Assembly: GCA_000934665.2 (NCBI GenBank)
Contig: KZ538535.1
Coordinates: 62,001 to 118,086, forward strand
DNA length: 56,086 bases
Direction: 5' to 3'
DNA from: Catajapyx aquilonaris
Lineage: Eukaryota
The notes below the pieces were generated by a model. It was not told where the DNA came from and did no database searches. It was given only the letters and a program-made list of their open reading frames with translations. Below are positions 11,573 to 24,400 of this stretch, piece after piece; the first letter of the stretch is position 1; every line of letters starts with the position of its first letter. Position numbers and translations under genes: made by a program.

Positions 11573-14500
11573 TATATACCGTTCACGTACACTGTGATAT
11601 GATTGAGGGCAAAGTGTGTCTATCCATTTCCTCCAGCACACTGGGGCAATTCCGTAGTGACCCTTTTTTCTAATGGGAAACCTTGAACTAAAGTTCTGAT
11701 AAAAGTCCGTTCAGGACCGATTTTTCCTCTTTCAAGTTCCGTCGAAATTGGTCAAGCGTGGCAGGAGTTATGAACTTTTCCTGCGTTTTTGGATTGTTTA
11801 ATAACGTATATGGGGGTATGACGTCATATTATGCTGAATGTTATTTTGACATTAGTTTATTAATTTTAATACAATTTAATCTGAATACTTTCGTCGAAAT
11901 AGTAGGCATAACATGCTTACAGTTTCCGTCGTAGCCAATGGCAGTAGGCGCATGTAGTACAGGTGAAATGTGTAACTCCCACATTTTTATTCCTACTTAA
12001 TACTGTAATGCCGGATATCTGCGTAACCAAAAAAGTTTCACGTACAGTTAAACACGACCCTACCATAAATATTATAATATGCATTTTAGTAGTTGGTGCG
12101 TACAAAATTTTTAGCCCCCTAAAACACAACCTTTTTTTCCCTCTCTGATACCTGCATAGTTAAACATCACGTTGTATATGTACTGTAAACCTTTATAGGT
12201 AGTTGACCTGCTAAAGAGTTTATTGCAGATGCAGAGGTTTGGGAAACAAAGCTTTTTGTTGGCTACATAAAGATTTGTGCAATATAAACTATTACACCAT
12301 AATACATTTGTGCACTGTACTTGTAACAAAAAGTTTGCATTGGCGGAATTATTTGCAGCGCAAAATTTTGTTTGTAATGACCTAAAATGAAGTTTCTGAT
12401 TGCATGCCCGTAACTACATAATATACGTAGTTATCCTGTAATATAGCATGCTTTCCTAATCGCTGTGAAAGAATTTTCAACAATCCATACCAATTAAAAA
12501 AAAGTTAGTAATGGCACAGACTAACACTATTAATAACCATATTCCTTGATTCAGTTTGGAAGTTTTTTACTCATCCTCAGATAACACATCATTTATAGGT
12601 TACAAATTGTAGGTACAAATTCAGCTGTCTCACCCATCGCCTGAACATTCCCAATCACTTCTTACAATACGCCCTTTACTTACGCAGTCCTCGCCCCGTC
12701 TTCCAGGCATCTTCTCCACCCTCTTTCCAACCCAACTCTTCAATTTGCAATCACCCTATCACGTCTCAATCCCGCCGAGTTAAATTTTCCCTCAGCATGT
12801 GAAAAAAAAAGTCATCTGGGTGTGGCATGGTGCTGGGGGGGGGGGGGGGGGGGGGGNGGGGAGGCGGTTAGATTTCAACTGCACTGAATAGAAAACCGAG
12901 TGCATGCAAAGGACAAACGAAAAGTGAGGTAGGGGAGGATGGGTGGGACTTGAGGTTCGGGGTTCCAAGTTCGCCTAGAAGTGAATGCTCTCTTCCATTT
13001 TGACGACAGCAGCAATGTGCAGGAAAGGGAAAGATGATGGTTCTATCCCATCCCTCCCCTATTCCCATCCTCCCAAACACCCCATCCCATCGAATCACAG
13101 AGACGAACTTTCCACCCCCTCCTTTTACCCAGGGTCCATGTCAAACGTAGTACCGATCAATGGGCGTCAAGTTCAAAGAGGAGAGACACGTAATAGCGTC
13201 GGAATAAGGAAAGCATTCCAATATCATACCAAATAAATTGGCTGTGCCTCTCTTTCCATTTGTTTGTCCGAGCTGATAGTACCACTACCTCTCGCACGAC
13301 CTGAAAATGGCAGGAGTGTGCAGAGAGGGATGATGCTCCATCTATGAGCAGATTGCGTTTACACAAAAATGTGTGTTTCCAGATATGATCGAGTGAACTT
13401 GACTCTTGCAAGTCCTGGTCTGGCCAAATAGCCTACGCAGATTTGGAAAGTGCTATGCTAGCTGCTGCCCGAGCACAAGAGACTGGTGCTGACTTAGCCG
13501 AATAGTTGTCCTAACCCGACACGTTCAGAAGGAGCCTGAGGAGCTGGAGTGAGGGCAGAGAGGAGCCATTTTCTTGACCTTTTTCTTAAACTTTTGACTA
13601 ACATTAGTATGGTATGCACAGGAAACCAGACAAGTGGTCGTCTGACATTATGATTTAAAAAGGATGCAAACTACACCATTATGGAGCTCTGAACAAGAGT
13701 GGAAGCGACAGTAGAAAAAGGCAGAAAGTGTTGGATATATCGTTCCATCTATTGAAGGGAGAGTTAAGTAATGGGCTTTTGGAGGCGATTACAAAAACAC
13801 CCTGTTGCAACATGACGTCAGGAGTAATGTTGAGGCATACAAACTAGGGTGCCATCTTGAAATTGGAAAACTTGTAGGAAGCTCGTGACCTATCCCAGGC
13901 TTGTTAGTTGCTTTTCTTTGGATAGCCTGTCTTATCCCATGCCCAAAGTAAACATTTACAATAAGGAAATTACTTTCGTTGCATACCGATGGTGGAGGTA
14001 AAATAAACATGCAAGCCGAAATAACACAAAAACTCGCTATTATTATTATTGGTAATGGGAAGGGTAACATTATAATTATCTTACTCATTATTTTACAACC
14101 GTGCCTGATTACAAAATGTAAATTCCTAGTGGTGTTATAATAATCAGCACATTTCTGGGGCATTCATACTCTAGTATATGGTATCAGATTAAATATATTT
14201 TTAATATTGTTTTGTTTAGCGTCATTTTTGCTGAAACCCAACGATCCGCGGTATACATGCAGCATCTGCCGCCATTTCATGCCATCCTCACATGAATCAC
14301 TTGAAAAGGGTTCATGCTATGGTCTGACCCAATCAATAAATAATCACCCGGAAATATGCAGCCTGTGAGCAATCTCCCATGAGAGCAATGATTCATTTCC
14401 AGGTGGAGGGAAAGACAACCTCTGGTAATAATGTGTCGAAGTGATGCTGCGGGTGTCACCGTTGGCTCCGCACATCCACTTACACTATTGCACATTCAGG

Positions 14501-16999
14501 GGGTTTAGCTTTCTATTAACGTAATTATTTATCATGGATCAAGTGAGGTGACATCTCTCATCAGGAATGATCATTTTAATACATACATACGCACATGTAT
14601 GACATTCAACGTCAATAATAATTTTACAGTAATAAATCCGCATGCTTTCAATTGGAGTCAGGGTTTAGCTGACTCACCAATCAGAAAAATTCCTAAACCC
14701 ATTTTGAAAAAAGGAGGCCACGTTTTCTCTAGCGAATATCCGCGGTATTGCTCTCCCTCTAATTTCCAACATACCATGGTAATAAGCCAGAGAGAAAAGA
14801 GCATTCCCTTGTCGTCAACAGTCTAATCTTCATAATGAAGTTACTGCCCCGCACATTATCTGATAGGCAGTTGTCGCTTGCGCCAAGAAAAAGTATTTTG
14901 CAAGGCATTAAATGTCTCGCGCGCACTGCGTCCCAATCCGAAAAGAAACTTCTCTTCCCGAAGTGATTAAATATGCAGTCCCAGTTCATCGGGGATTCAG
15001 CGCCGCAACGCTTATCAAATCAAGTCAGACTCAGTTGGAGCGAAAAGTCTCACGTGGGAGAAGGACGAAGGAGAGATTCTTTTTTTCTCTATGGTATCCC
15101 AATGCACTCTCTAGGATCGCAAGACATTTATTCAATAATCTAGTGCTGCCGTTACCTGTCAACCATTGGTGCTTCCAGGTTCCAGCACCTGTACTCCTTA
15201 GTACCAACTGGCGTACAGTCTCCAGCACAATGATGGTACTGTACAGTACCAGACCTGAATCAGGTTTATCCTACAAGGTATGTCACTCGCACAAAGTAAA
15301 GCGACTTCAAGTTGGATGGGTAGTGCGGGTGGCCTACCTTTCAGGATAAACATGAGGTCAGGTAAAGTGTCTCTAAGTCAGTCCAATAAAATGTGTCACA
15401 CTGCATACTGTACAGTGTATAGTACAGAACTAAACTCTGCAAATAGTGCGCCAGGCTCCTAATTCAATCGCATTTTTAGCCTCTACCCAATGACATCCTT
15501 GCTTATACTGTAGGATAACTAACTTTACTGTACAACCTGCGCCTGTAATTCAGACCAGATCCCTTGGGATAAACGAAGGTTCATACACCCACGTCCACGC
15601 CTTTTTTTAATTGCAATAAAGTGTAACCTTGTTATTCAAACATTATTCCAGCATGTGCTTGTTACTAGCAGATTAGAGCGGTAAAGGAATACCGCGTTAC
15701 TGCTGTAGCGTAACAACCTCAGCGGATCTGACCTACCCCGCCCACCACTCGGTTTTCTTGCAGAACAAAAAAAAAATGCTTTACGATCGGCCGCTGTAAA
15801 AGGATGACCATATTTCATAAAATGTACAACATATTATCAGGTCTACAAAACCCCTCAAAGCGAGCCGGAAGATTGGATTTTATCGCCTGTTAATCGCGGG
15901 TGGGGACAGAATAGTTAACAACGTTATGATCCTCGGATATTACCGGCAATATATTGACGCGATCCGGCGATGAGCCTGACAGCCAAGTTTCGATTCTCCG
16001 GGATGCTGCAACTCGGAATTACCTCTGTGTATTTCATCAGAGCTACGCTGGCGCAGTATTTTCTGATGCAGCGGTTTTCTCTCCCCCTCATGCCTGCTGT
16101 ACTGTACGGCACAGCGATGAATTATTGTGCAAATATTAATGGCCGTTATGATTATTAACTGATTATGGCACTATAAATATAGTGTTTGCAATGACTAACG
16201 AGAAAAGAGGACGATGAGGCTAAATAATGGTCTTTTAACGCGTTCAGAAAATGGTATTTAAACATAACAGGCACCACGGTCAAGGTGACAGTTTCGCGCA
16301 TTTCTACAACATTGTGTACTTAATTATGGCGGACTTAATTAAATTGTCTAATCATCCACATATACTTTGATCCATATTGCGTTCTTACACACTGGAATCT
16401 ACATAGACTCAGATATTTTTTTTGACTCAGCCCTCCAGTTATCGAAGCACTTCCTACCGGCTTTGGAAGGAGCCTAAGACATGGGGCTGGCAGTCTGTAA
16501 AACGTTTCCTACCTCACAAAAGGATTAAGTAGACAAAAGGCAACTGGGAATTGGTAATAAATTTAGCCGTCTCCAACCCGAAGTACTTACTCCAGTTTAA
16601 TAGGAATCCTCAAGAGATACGATTAAATTTATGACCGCTCCCAACTACCCTTTTGTCCAGTCAATTCTTTCCGTCCGTCGGAAATGTTGGATACTTCCCG
16701 GACTCCAATCTGGTGAGCCCCCCCTCCTTTTAAAGATTTCGTGATGTTACACTTGATGGGATTACACGTCACCTGTACCTGCGGCTGACATCTTTGATGG
16801 CCACTAGACAACACATCTCACTGGAGGTCGGGCAAAAGGTTCACCAAATCGCGGCCATTAAGAATATAATGTGACTTGATCCGTCGTTATTCCGACAGGG
16901 ATGTATACCAGAGGGGCCTNNNNNNNNNNNNNNNNNNNNNCCCCCCCCCCCCTCTCCACCTTTCCTCCTCCATACGCTTCTCCCCACTCCTCTCTTCCG

Positions 17000-18450
17000 C
17001 TTTTCCGAGCTGCGCTTTTAGTGTCGGAAAAGATGGCAATGTTGATGTTGTGCCACTTTTAACTACTTACCCCCTTCGTCTCTTCTTCATCCAATCTCAG
17101 ATCATTCTTCCACATCAAATGGACACTCTCGTTCCTCTACTCACCCGCGTTATTAGAATTTCTGTAGTCATCAAAAACGAGCGACTATTCTTATTGCTAG
17201 TCCCATATATTTTTAAAATTTAAAAACTGCAAATTTTCCACCAAAAAGTAGTAGTCAGTTGAGCACCCAACTGTCTGGCAACAAACAGTTTTTGACCCAC
17301 CATCAAGTATATAAAAATACTGGCGTACTAATGGTTTTTGACAGTACATTCCTGAACTGCTCGGTCAACCAGTGTACTGTACACGCATGCAGGTGAAAAG
17401 AACCGCAAATAGGGCGGTGTTCACACAATTTGGAACACACGGTAATGATCGATGCAACTATAATGTACACTAAAAGCGCACAAAAGCCTAAACTCTCCCT
17501 CCAACATTCTTCCCTATAAAAAGCTGCCAAACAATGAGAGACAATTTCATTTGTATAGTACAATTTTTGGCATACTTTAAATGAACTTAGCAGGAAAAGT
17601 TGATTGTTGGGATTGTAGCAGTGGGTGGGAGAAACTCCAGGTATGGTTCATTCGCACGGTGGTTGGGTTGGCGGTGAAATTAATGGTGTTTGAAAGACTC
17701 TCTCCACGCTCTGGTAAAGAGAGATGGGGTGTTGGGATGGACTGCATGGTGGGTTGCGTCATTCGCCCCCAAAGTTTGCGCAAATTATCGCGATTACTCT
17801 CCTGAGTAGAAAATGAAATTTATGGGGGACACCGGCAGAATCCAAGTGCGGGCGCCTGTGGAATATCTTTACGGCAGGGGGGGTTCACTGAAAGCAATTT
17901 CATGAATAATTGAATGAAACCGTCTCGTGTCAAAACTCGACGCAATGTTTACAGAACTGATGACCTGGGTTTTTTTCCCTAGTGTTGCGAGATATATCGA
18001 AAGGGTTAGCTGCTGAAGAGAAGTGAATAATTTACTGCATGGACTGTATATATTCGGGGGGACCCGAGAGAGTACTGGTACTGCAGGGCTCATTCATTTC
18101 AACTCGCAGGTAAGCTGCGCCATTAACAACAATTTCTTAGGAGAAATCGGTAAAACAATAGAATTCGTTTGCCCGCAAGTTGCTATGACAAATGGCCTGC
18201 AAAACAAAATAGGCTGTGGCTTACATCCCCCTATTCGCAACCCAATTTGAACCGAAGCCTAAATCCCCACTGTCCGCATCACCAATCCGAATCACAATGA
18301 CCCATTACTTGAGCTGGCCAAGCCTGGACCAACATTTTCAAGCGGGTTACACACACGTAAAATCAGTTAATTCCCGCTCGACGTTTGACAAACGATGGTT
18401 TTAATCGGGATGCAAATCATCTGGAAATCAATCAGCTGCTGGGATGGTAG
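17000..18450 (+). mobile_element. Heavily decayed Penelope-like retroelement fragment (RT + GIY-YIG endonuclease)
   Basis: Collinear degenerate motifs: NVDVVPLLTTYP (cf. SFDVxSLFTxVP), FLGEIGKTIE (cf. YIGETGR), K*AVA (cf. KSAVAEH), GFNRD..WK (cf. NFNRD.G..LS..W). Many stops and frameshifts; boundaries approximate. Confidence 0.5.
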
Positions 18451-20285
18451 GGATACAAGAAAATGCTCCCAGCAGAGTGCAACACCGACTAGTGCTGAAA
18501 ATTCCCTTGGACTATTGGATCTCTCGTCTCATAGCTCAAGGAAGCAAGAGAGTGGAAGAAATTGGCCCACAAGGGGAATAGACTGCAGGCAGGCTGCAAG
18601 GCCCAGCAGTAGCGGCCACTTCTGTGAGGGATTATGAATTGGATTATAAAACAAGGGAAGTTTATGAGAGTAAAACGCCGTCCAAGTAGAAAAGCAATTT
18701 CCCGAACCCAAAATTTAGTAAGGGGTTTCCAACCCTTGCGGCTTTTCACTAAATTCCTCGCTGATCTCCACTAGCACTCCAACCGTGCCAATTTACTGCC
18801 AGGCAGACTCAGGATTCCAACAACTTTGGGTAAAAGGCTTATTGAAAAAGACGACACTCTTCTCAAGGGGCACCAGTCAATAAGAAAGTGCTGCCGCTAT
18901 TTTTTTGCTCGAAGGTTGCTAGCTCAACGACTCAAAAAATTATAGGGTACTTGACATTTTTTTAAGTAAAAAGGTGGGACTCAGAGGGGCTTATACTTTA
19001 CGAGCCAACCGACATTAATTACCGGTGTAATTCCCTATGTCCAGCATCAGCCTGGTCACCCAGGCTTCGCCGACTGTGTCCGACATACCAAGTACCGGAA
19101 TAGTGCATTTACATCCTGCGCTATTTAATCACAGAGTAGCTCTTTCCCAACTTTTCTAAAACTCTCCATTACAAATTGTGATATTTTAAATATATTACAA
19201 GTTGTAAGTTGCAATCATTGGTTCACTCCATAGATAAACCTCATGTAAATTATTTACTTCATTTTGTATCAGAAAAAATGGTAATGAGAAAATTATGCGG
19301 AATCATTATCTATACGGATGAGGACATGGGGGAATGTTATTGCAACATTATTCAGAACGTTTGGGTTTTATTACTTGAAATGCCATCTTGATCAGTTGTA
19401 ATGGTGTGTAAAATGCCACTCAAATATGTATAATTCTAACGTCTGTTTCACCTCGTGACATTTGGTCAACAGCATCACGGTGAAATAGTAACATACAGTT
19501 AGATGACAATGTAATTCAGGGTTTATGAGTTCCACTGCCAAGAAATCCTATTTCTGACAGTTCAATTTCTACTAGTAGCAGTGGCCAAAACGATAGAAAA
19601 TAGCACGGCCACTTTTGGCCGTGATACCAGAACTGTCATTTTTCTCGTAAAATGTGTTTAGGATTGCTTCGTAGCCTTCCTAATCATCACGGAATCCATC
19701 CTGACAAGCAAATATTGCCGAACAACATTTAATTAGCGTCAACAATGTGAAGACCTGAAATAATGCAGAACGATCACTCGCATTGAAATAATGAACAGTT
19801 GAATTTTGAATATTGCATTACCCCACATGGAATTAATAATTTTCAATAATTACCACGAGTGTAATTTTTCAATCAGAAGACTGATTTGACCTTCGAGGAC
19901 AATTCAACCCCCCCCCCCCCCCCNNNNNNNNNNNNNNNNNNNNNNNNNNNNNNNNNNNNNNNNNNNNNNNNNNNNNNNNNNNNNNNNNNNNNNNNNNNNN
20001 NNNNNNNNNNNNNNNNNNNNNNNNNNNNNNNNNNNNNNNNNNGGGGGGGGGGGGGGGGCGAAAGAAAAATTCCCAGCACAACACTGTTACGACAAATGGA
20101 TCACAGGGTTGGCATTTCCCAATAATGGAATTTCCTCCCACGTTTCATTCGCCATTTTTTCCCATCAGTTGACATCCCTCTAGAGACTGCATGCGGAGAG
20201 GCTGAAGCGAGAGACTCATTTCCATTTCCCACCTAAGTTCACAACTTGTCTTATATTTTTCTGACAATTTATTAGGATCTTCATC

Positions 20286-20286
<1 letters not shown>

Positions 20287-20357
<71 letters not shown>
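20287..20357. repeat. (AAT)n microsatellite, possibly the tail of a minus-strand retroposon
   Basis: Perfect trinucleotide run. Confidence 0.93.
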
Positions 20358-20358
<1 letters not shown>

Positions 20359-21300
20359 TCTTCAGATTGATCCAGCTACTTAGCTAGTTCTTTGGTCTGG
20401 GCGTAAATCACGCGCGGAAATCACAACTGTAGCACCCATAGAATATGATAAATAATGGGGGTTGGCGGGCGGCAGGGTGGGAGGCCTGGGTAGCCGAGTG
20501 GGGATTTACGAGCCTTCCGCACAGTTTGGGGCTGTTGCCCTCGTACCAGCTGAGAATAAAATGGCAAAGTTGAGGATGGGTGGGTGCCGAGTGGAGGAGG
20601 GGTTGCGCCTTTGTCTAATTCTTGGCGGGACCTTGCCACTGGCGGAAACAGGAGACAAGACCTCCCCTGCATAGAATCCGGTAGCTGCAGGAAATGGATG
20701 AAAAAGCGCCACTTGAAATGGCCTTTCTTGTCTCATTCATTTTTTTACCCTCTATATATATCCGGTTCTAACTCCTCGTCTTCAAAAATTCAAATTGTTG
20801 CCATCTCTTGACCCAACCTGCAACCATTCAAGTTTCGATTGCTTAATCGATATGCCTACATCCCCCCCCCCCCCCCNCACACAAAAAAAAAGAGTGACTG
20901 ACTCTCCGCATATAGACATGCGAGTTAACTTTCCCATTGAATACGTAACCCTCTCCTGATTCTAAAGGATCCAGCTTCGTTCCAATTGCGCAAAGCGAAG
21001 GCGCAAACGCAATCAATTTTCAAAGCTTGCCCTCTTCTGTAATCTTCTTTCCGATTTCACTCTGTCAGCGTTCGCAAATTGCCCAAGAAAAGGCTGCCTC
21101 CTTTCTTTGAACAAAGTCTTCGCATTTATAGTACACCTTCTTCTCTTCTTCTTTTTTGGGGGGGAGGGGGGGGGTGGAATGAGAAGGGATGGGTCTCGAC
21201 GAGAGCTGATGTATTTTATATCCCTGCAAAGCAGACTTTCTGCCCTAGCTGTGCCTTAAGGATAATGATTAAAACCTTTCTCCTTGTTGCCTTGCCACAG

Positions 21301-21452
21301 TTCGACCCTTGGAAGCTGTTCTGCTTGGCGACCGGAAGCCCCTTTCGGCCGAGAGAGAATACAATATCATCTGCCAAGCAGTGGGTGCTCGACCCCCAGC
21401 GGTTATGACCTGGTGGAAAGGCAGCACCCGACTTAAGAGCAGCGTTGAAACG
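21301..21452 (+). CDS. Sidestep-family exon: N-half of Ig domain (probably Ig3), [51 protein letters not shown]
   Basis: Pyrimidine tract + cag acceptor ending at 21300; ACG|gtaaga donor; Ig C..G.RPPA..TWW motif; phase 1 to 0. Confidence 0.92.
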
Positions 21453-24400
21453 GTAAGAAATTTTTTAAAAGCATTTATTTCACTTAAGTAACTAGAAATT
21501 GAATATGACACAAGCTGCGGTTGACTACATAAAATTATAACAAAACTGCCTTATGCAGCGGATAATATTGATCTAAACTTTGGAATGTTCACTGAAGTGT
21601 ACTTAAGCTTGATGAAAATATAGCAATCAGCTACACTACCAACTCATTGGAAGGTTGTTGAAAAAGCGCTGGCGTAAATAAGTGCCGCTCTTGGCCTATA
21701 GAACTGTCTCTACAGCAACCGCTGACTTGAGCCTCTGGGACTTCCTCCCATCCACCCTTCTTCAGTTCACACAAATAAAACTGAAACACTGCCTTATCTG
21801 CCGGCTCCTCAAGATTTGTTTATGGCGCAGCTCATTATCATCAATTTATCATGCTTACTGCCATAAACGCCTTATTTGTCCTACTTGCTCAAAAATATCA
21901 TCGGTTTTTGTTGGAACTTACTGATTGGCCCTCATTATAATATAATAATAATTATTGTTGTTCATTAGTGGCTTATGCCGGTCAAGTATAATTATGATGA
22001 TTTAGCTTGCTCTTCATCATTTTGCACAGGGGCGGACTTAGGTAATATGGCGCCCTGTGCGAGGCCAAAATTTNNNNNNNNNNNNCCCCCCCCCCCCCCA
22101 ATAAAACACCACCGAACTTTTACACAGAGTCCATTTGGTACAGTTCCTTAGCTGTTCCTTTTTTTGCAAAATTAAAAACATTCATAAAACTGAACTTGGG
22201 ATAAAAATTTGGCGCTCTCCCCACTAAAACACAATTGATTTTTATAAGAATTATTTTTGACATTTTTGCTTTTCTTGCAAGATTTTTAAAATCAGACAAA
22301 AACGAATTCATGGGAATTCATTTCTTGAGCTGACCTTTCACTCTGTCTGAACTTTGTAATAATAATTGACCTCAGTGGGGCAGTCAAAAAAAAACCTACG
22401 TAGTGAAGATATTGGGGTCATTCAGAATCAAGTGGGCTGAAATGTTGCAGGGAAAAAAATCACAGCTATAAACGCCTGTGCCATAACGCTGCATACCAAG
22501 TTCCATCCATGTTTCACGATTCCAGGGGAGGGGAAAATCGAGAAGTTTTGAAAAAGGCTGAAATTGAGACATTTTCCGATTTTTAAAAAAATGCGGCAGT
22601 GAAAGTGGGCAAAACGCAATGAACATATTTTATCAAAAGAAATAAGACGAAATGAATGCAACTAACTCCATAGATGCATTCTCCTCGTGATTATCTTTCA
22701 TTTGATTGTAGGCTATTATTGGGTTTTGACCAGTTCCACTAATTTAAGAATTTTAGACCTCTTCCAGAATTTCGCGATTTTCCCCCTCCCCTCGGTACAG
22801 GGCTGGGCTGGAAGAACCAGGGGGCTGGGCGACAGTTTTGCAAGTTGTGATTGACTAGGGATAAGTTTTTTTTTCCTCGGCCCGGCGCCTTGGGGCGCCC
22901 CCCTCGGCTTGGCGCCCTGTGCGGGGGAACCTGTCGCACCGCCCTAAATCCAGGCCTGATTTTGCATTCCCTTTCCCCACGTTTGCTCTCCACTTAATCT
23001 GCCTTATTGGTAATGGCTAAATTGCGGTGCTCGAAAGCAATACTGGCCTTCGATTTTGCATCCCGCATCGACCACATTACATTCCTTAGAACCACTGATT
23101 GCGAATATCTTCCACCCATATTCATAATCTACCTCGGTTCGCATCAAATAAGCTCCGAGCCCCAGCATTCTGGCATTCTATTCCCTTCCGCTATCGACAG
23201 GACGATATTAATCAAATATAATAAATGATCATCCTTGCTCTCTCAGCGGTGGGAGTTGGAAGTTCAACTTATCTAGTAAATATAAATTCGACGTTTTTCA
23301 AATTCTTTTTTATCGTATCAGGATGCTAGAAACAGGGTGTTTAATAACGATTCCTATAGTGGAGATAATTTCATACGTAGGTGTCATTTAAGTTAATTAT
23401 CACGTATCAAAATATGCACAAACCATTTATGCGCCTGGGCCGTAAAATTAGGGAAAAACTTTCGTAATGGGACGAATGTGGCAGGGGTAGGGGCACGCTG
23501 CACCAACCTACCCCATGACCTTCCTTCCCGGCGCGGTGGATACACCCTTATCTTTAGGCGGATATACGCCTATCCTTCATCGGATTTACGCTATAAACTT
23601 CTGCAGATACACGCCTAGTAAAGTAGGTAAAAGTGCGGCGTCTCCCGTTATGCAAGTATAGCTAAAATTAGACAGTTACATACAGTACTTTAAATTTAAA
23701 AGGCAAGGTCACTCGACTATTTTACATCTTGTTTTTGAAGTTCATTACCCCGATGCTGTGCAGAGTCCAACGACACCACCATATAAAGTGCCAAGAGTTC
23801 ACTCCAGAAGTACCGGTACGTCTGAATCATGATGGAACACCCTGTAACCCGTGCCAAGAATAGCCCCCTGCCTGTCGATTACACGGCCAGTAATCGTATT
23901 TGTAATGCTTCTGTAGGTGATTTGGAAGCGCTGGTCAAACACGGCGCCTTGGTCCTTGCCCACGGGTGTTTCTTTTGGCAAGAAAGGCGTCCAGCAATGC
24001 GTACCACGGCAGATGAGTTCCGCATTGCAGGTGCAATGACATGCACGGTTTTATTCGCCGGCGCTTCAAGCTCTCGCGGGAAATGTCTCGCAAAGGGGAT
24101 CCCCCACACTCTATGTTCACCTACTAATCTGGGCAGACCTTTGCATACATCCACTATCAAATTTTGAGCTCGAAAATGGCACTTTGACTCAACCCCCCCA
24201 ATCCATTATTAATATGTTCATGTTGTGCTACTGATCTTGTATCTACAAGACAGGATCTAGCAGCAGGTAGCAACACGACTCATTCCAACCGCGGAATAAG
24301 TTAGCTCCCGGAGAAGCGCGGACAAGCCTCCGTACCTGATTAAAAATTAATCCTCTACATGCACTTGTCAACACGGTAATAAAACGGGGAAGGATGCAGC

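Noticed and set aside
19908..20058. Poly-C / N gap / poly-G apparent inverted repeat
   Set aside because: Assembly gap bounded by homopolymers; the structure cannot be assessed. Similar gaps lie at about 16920 and 22074.
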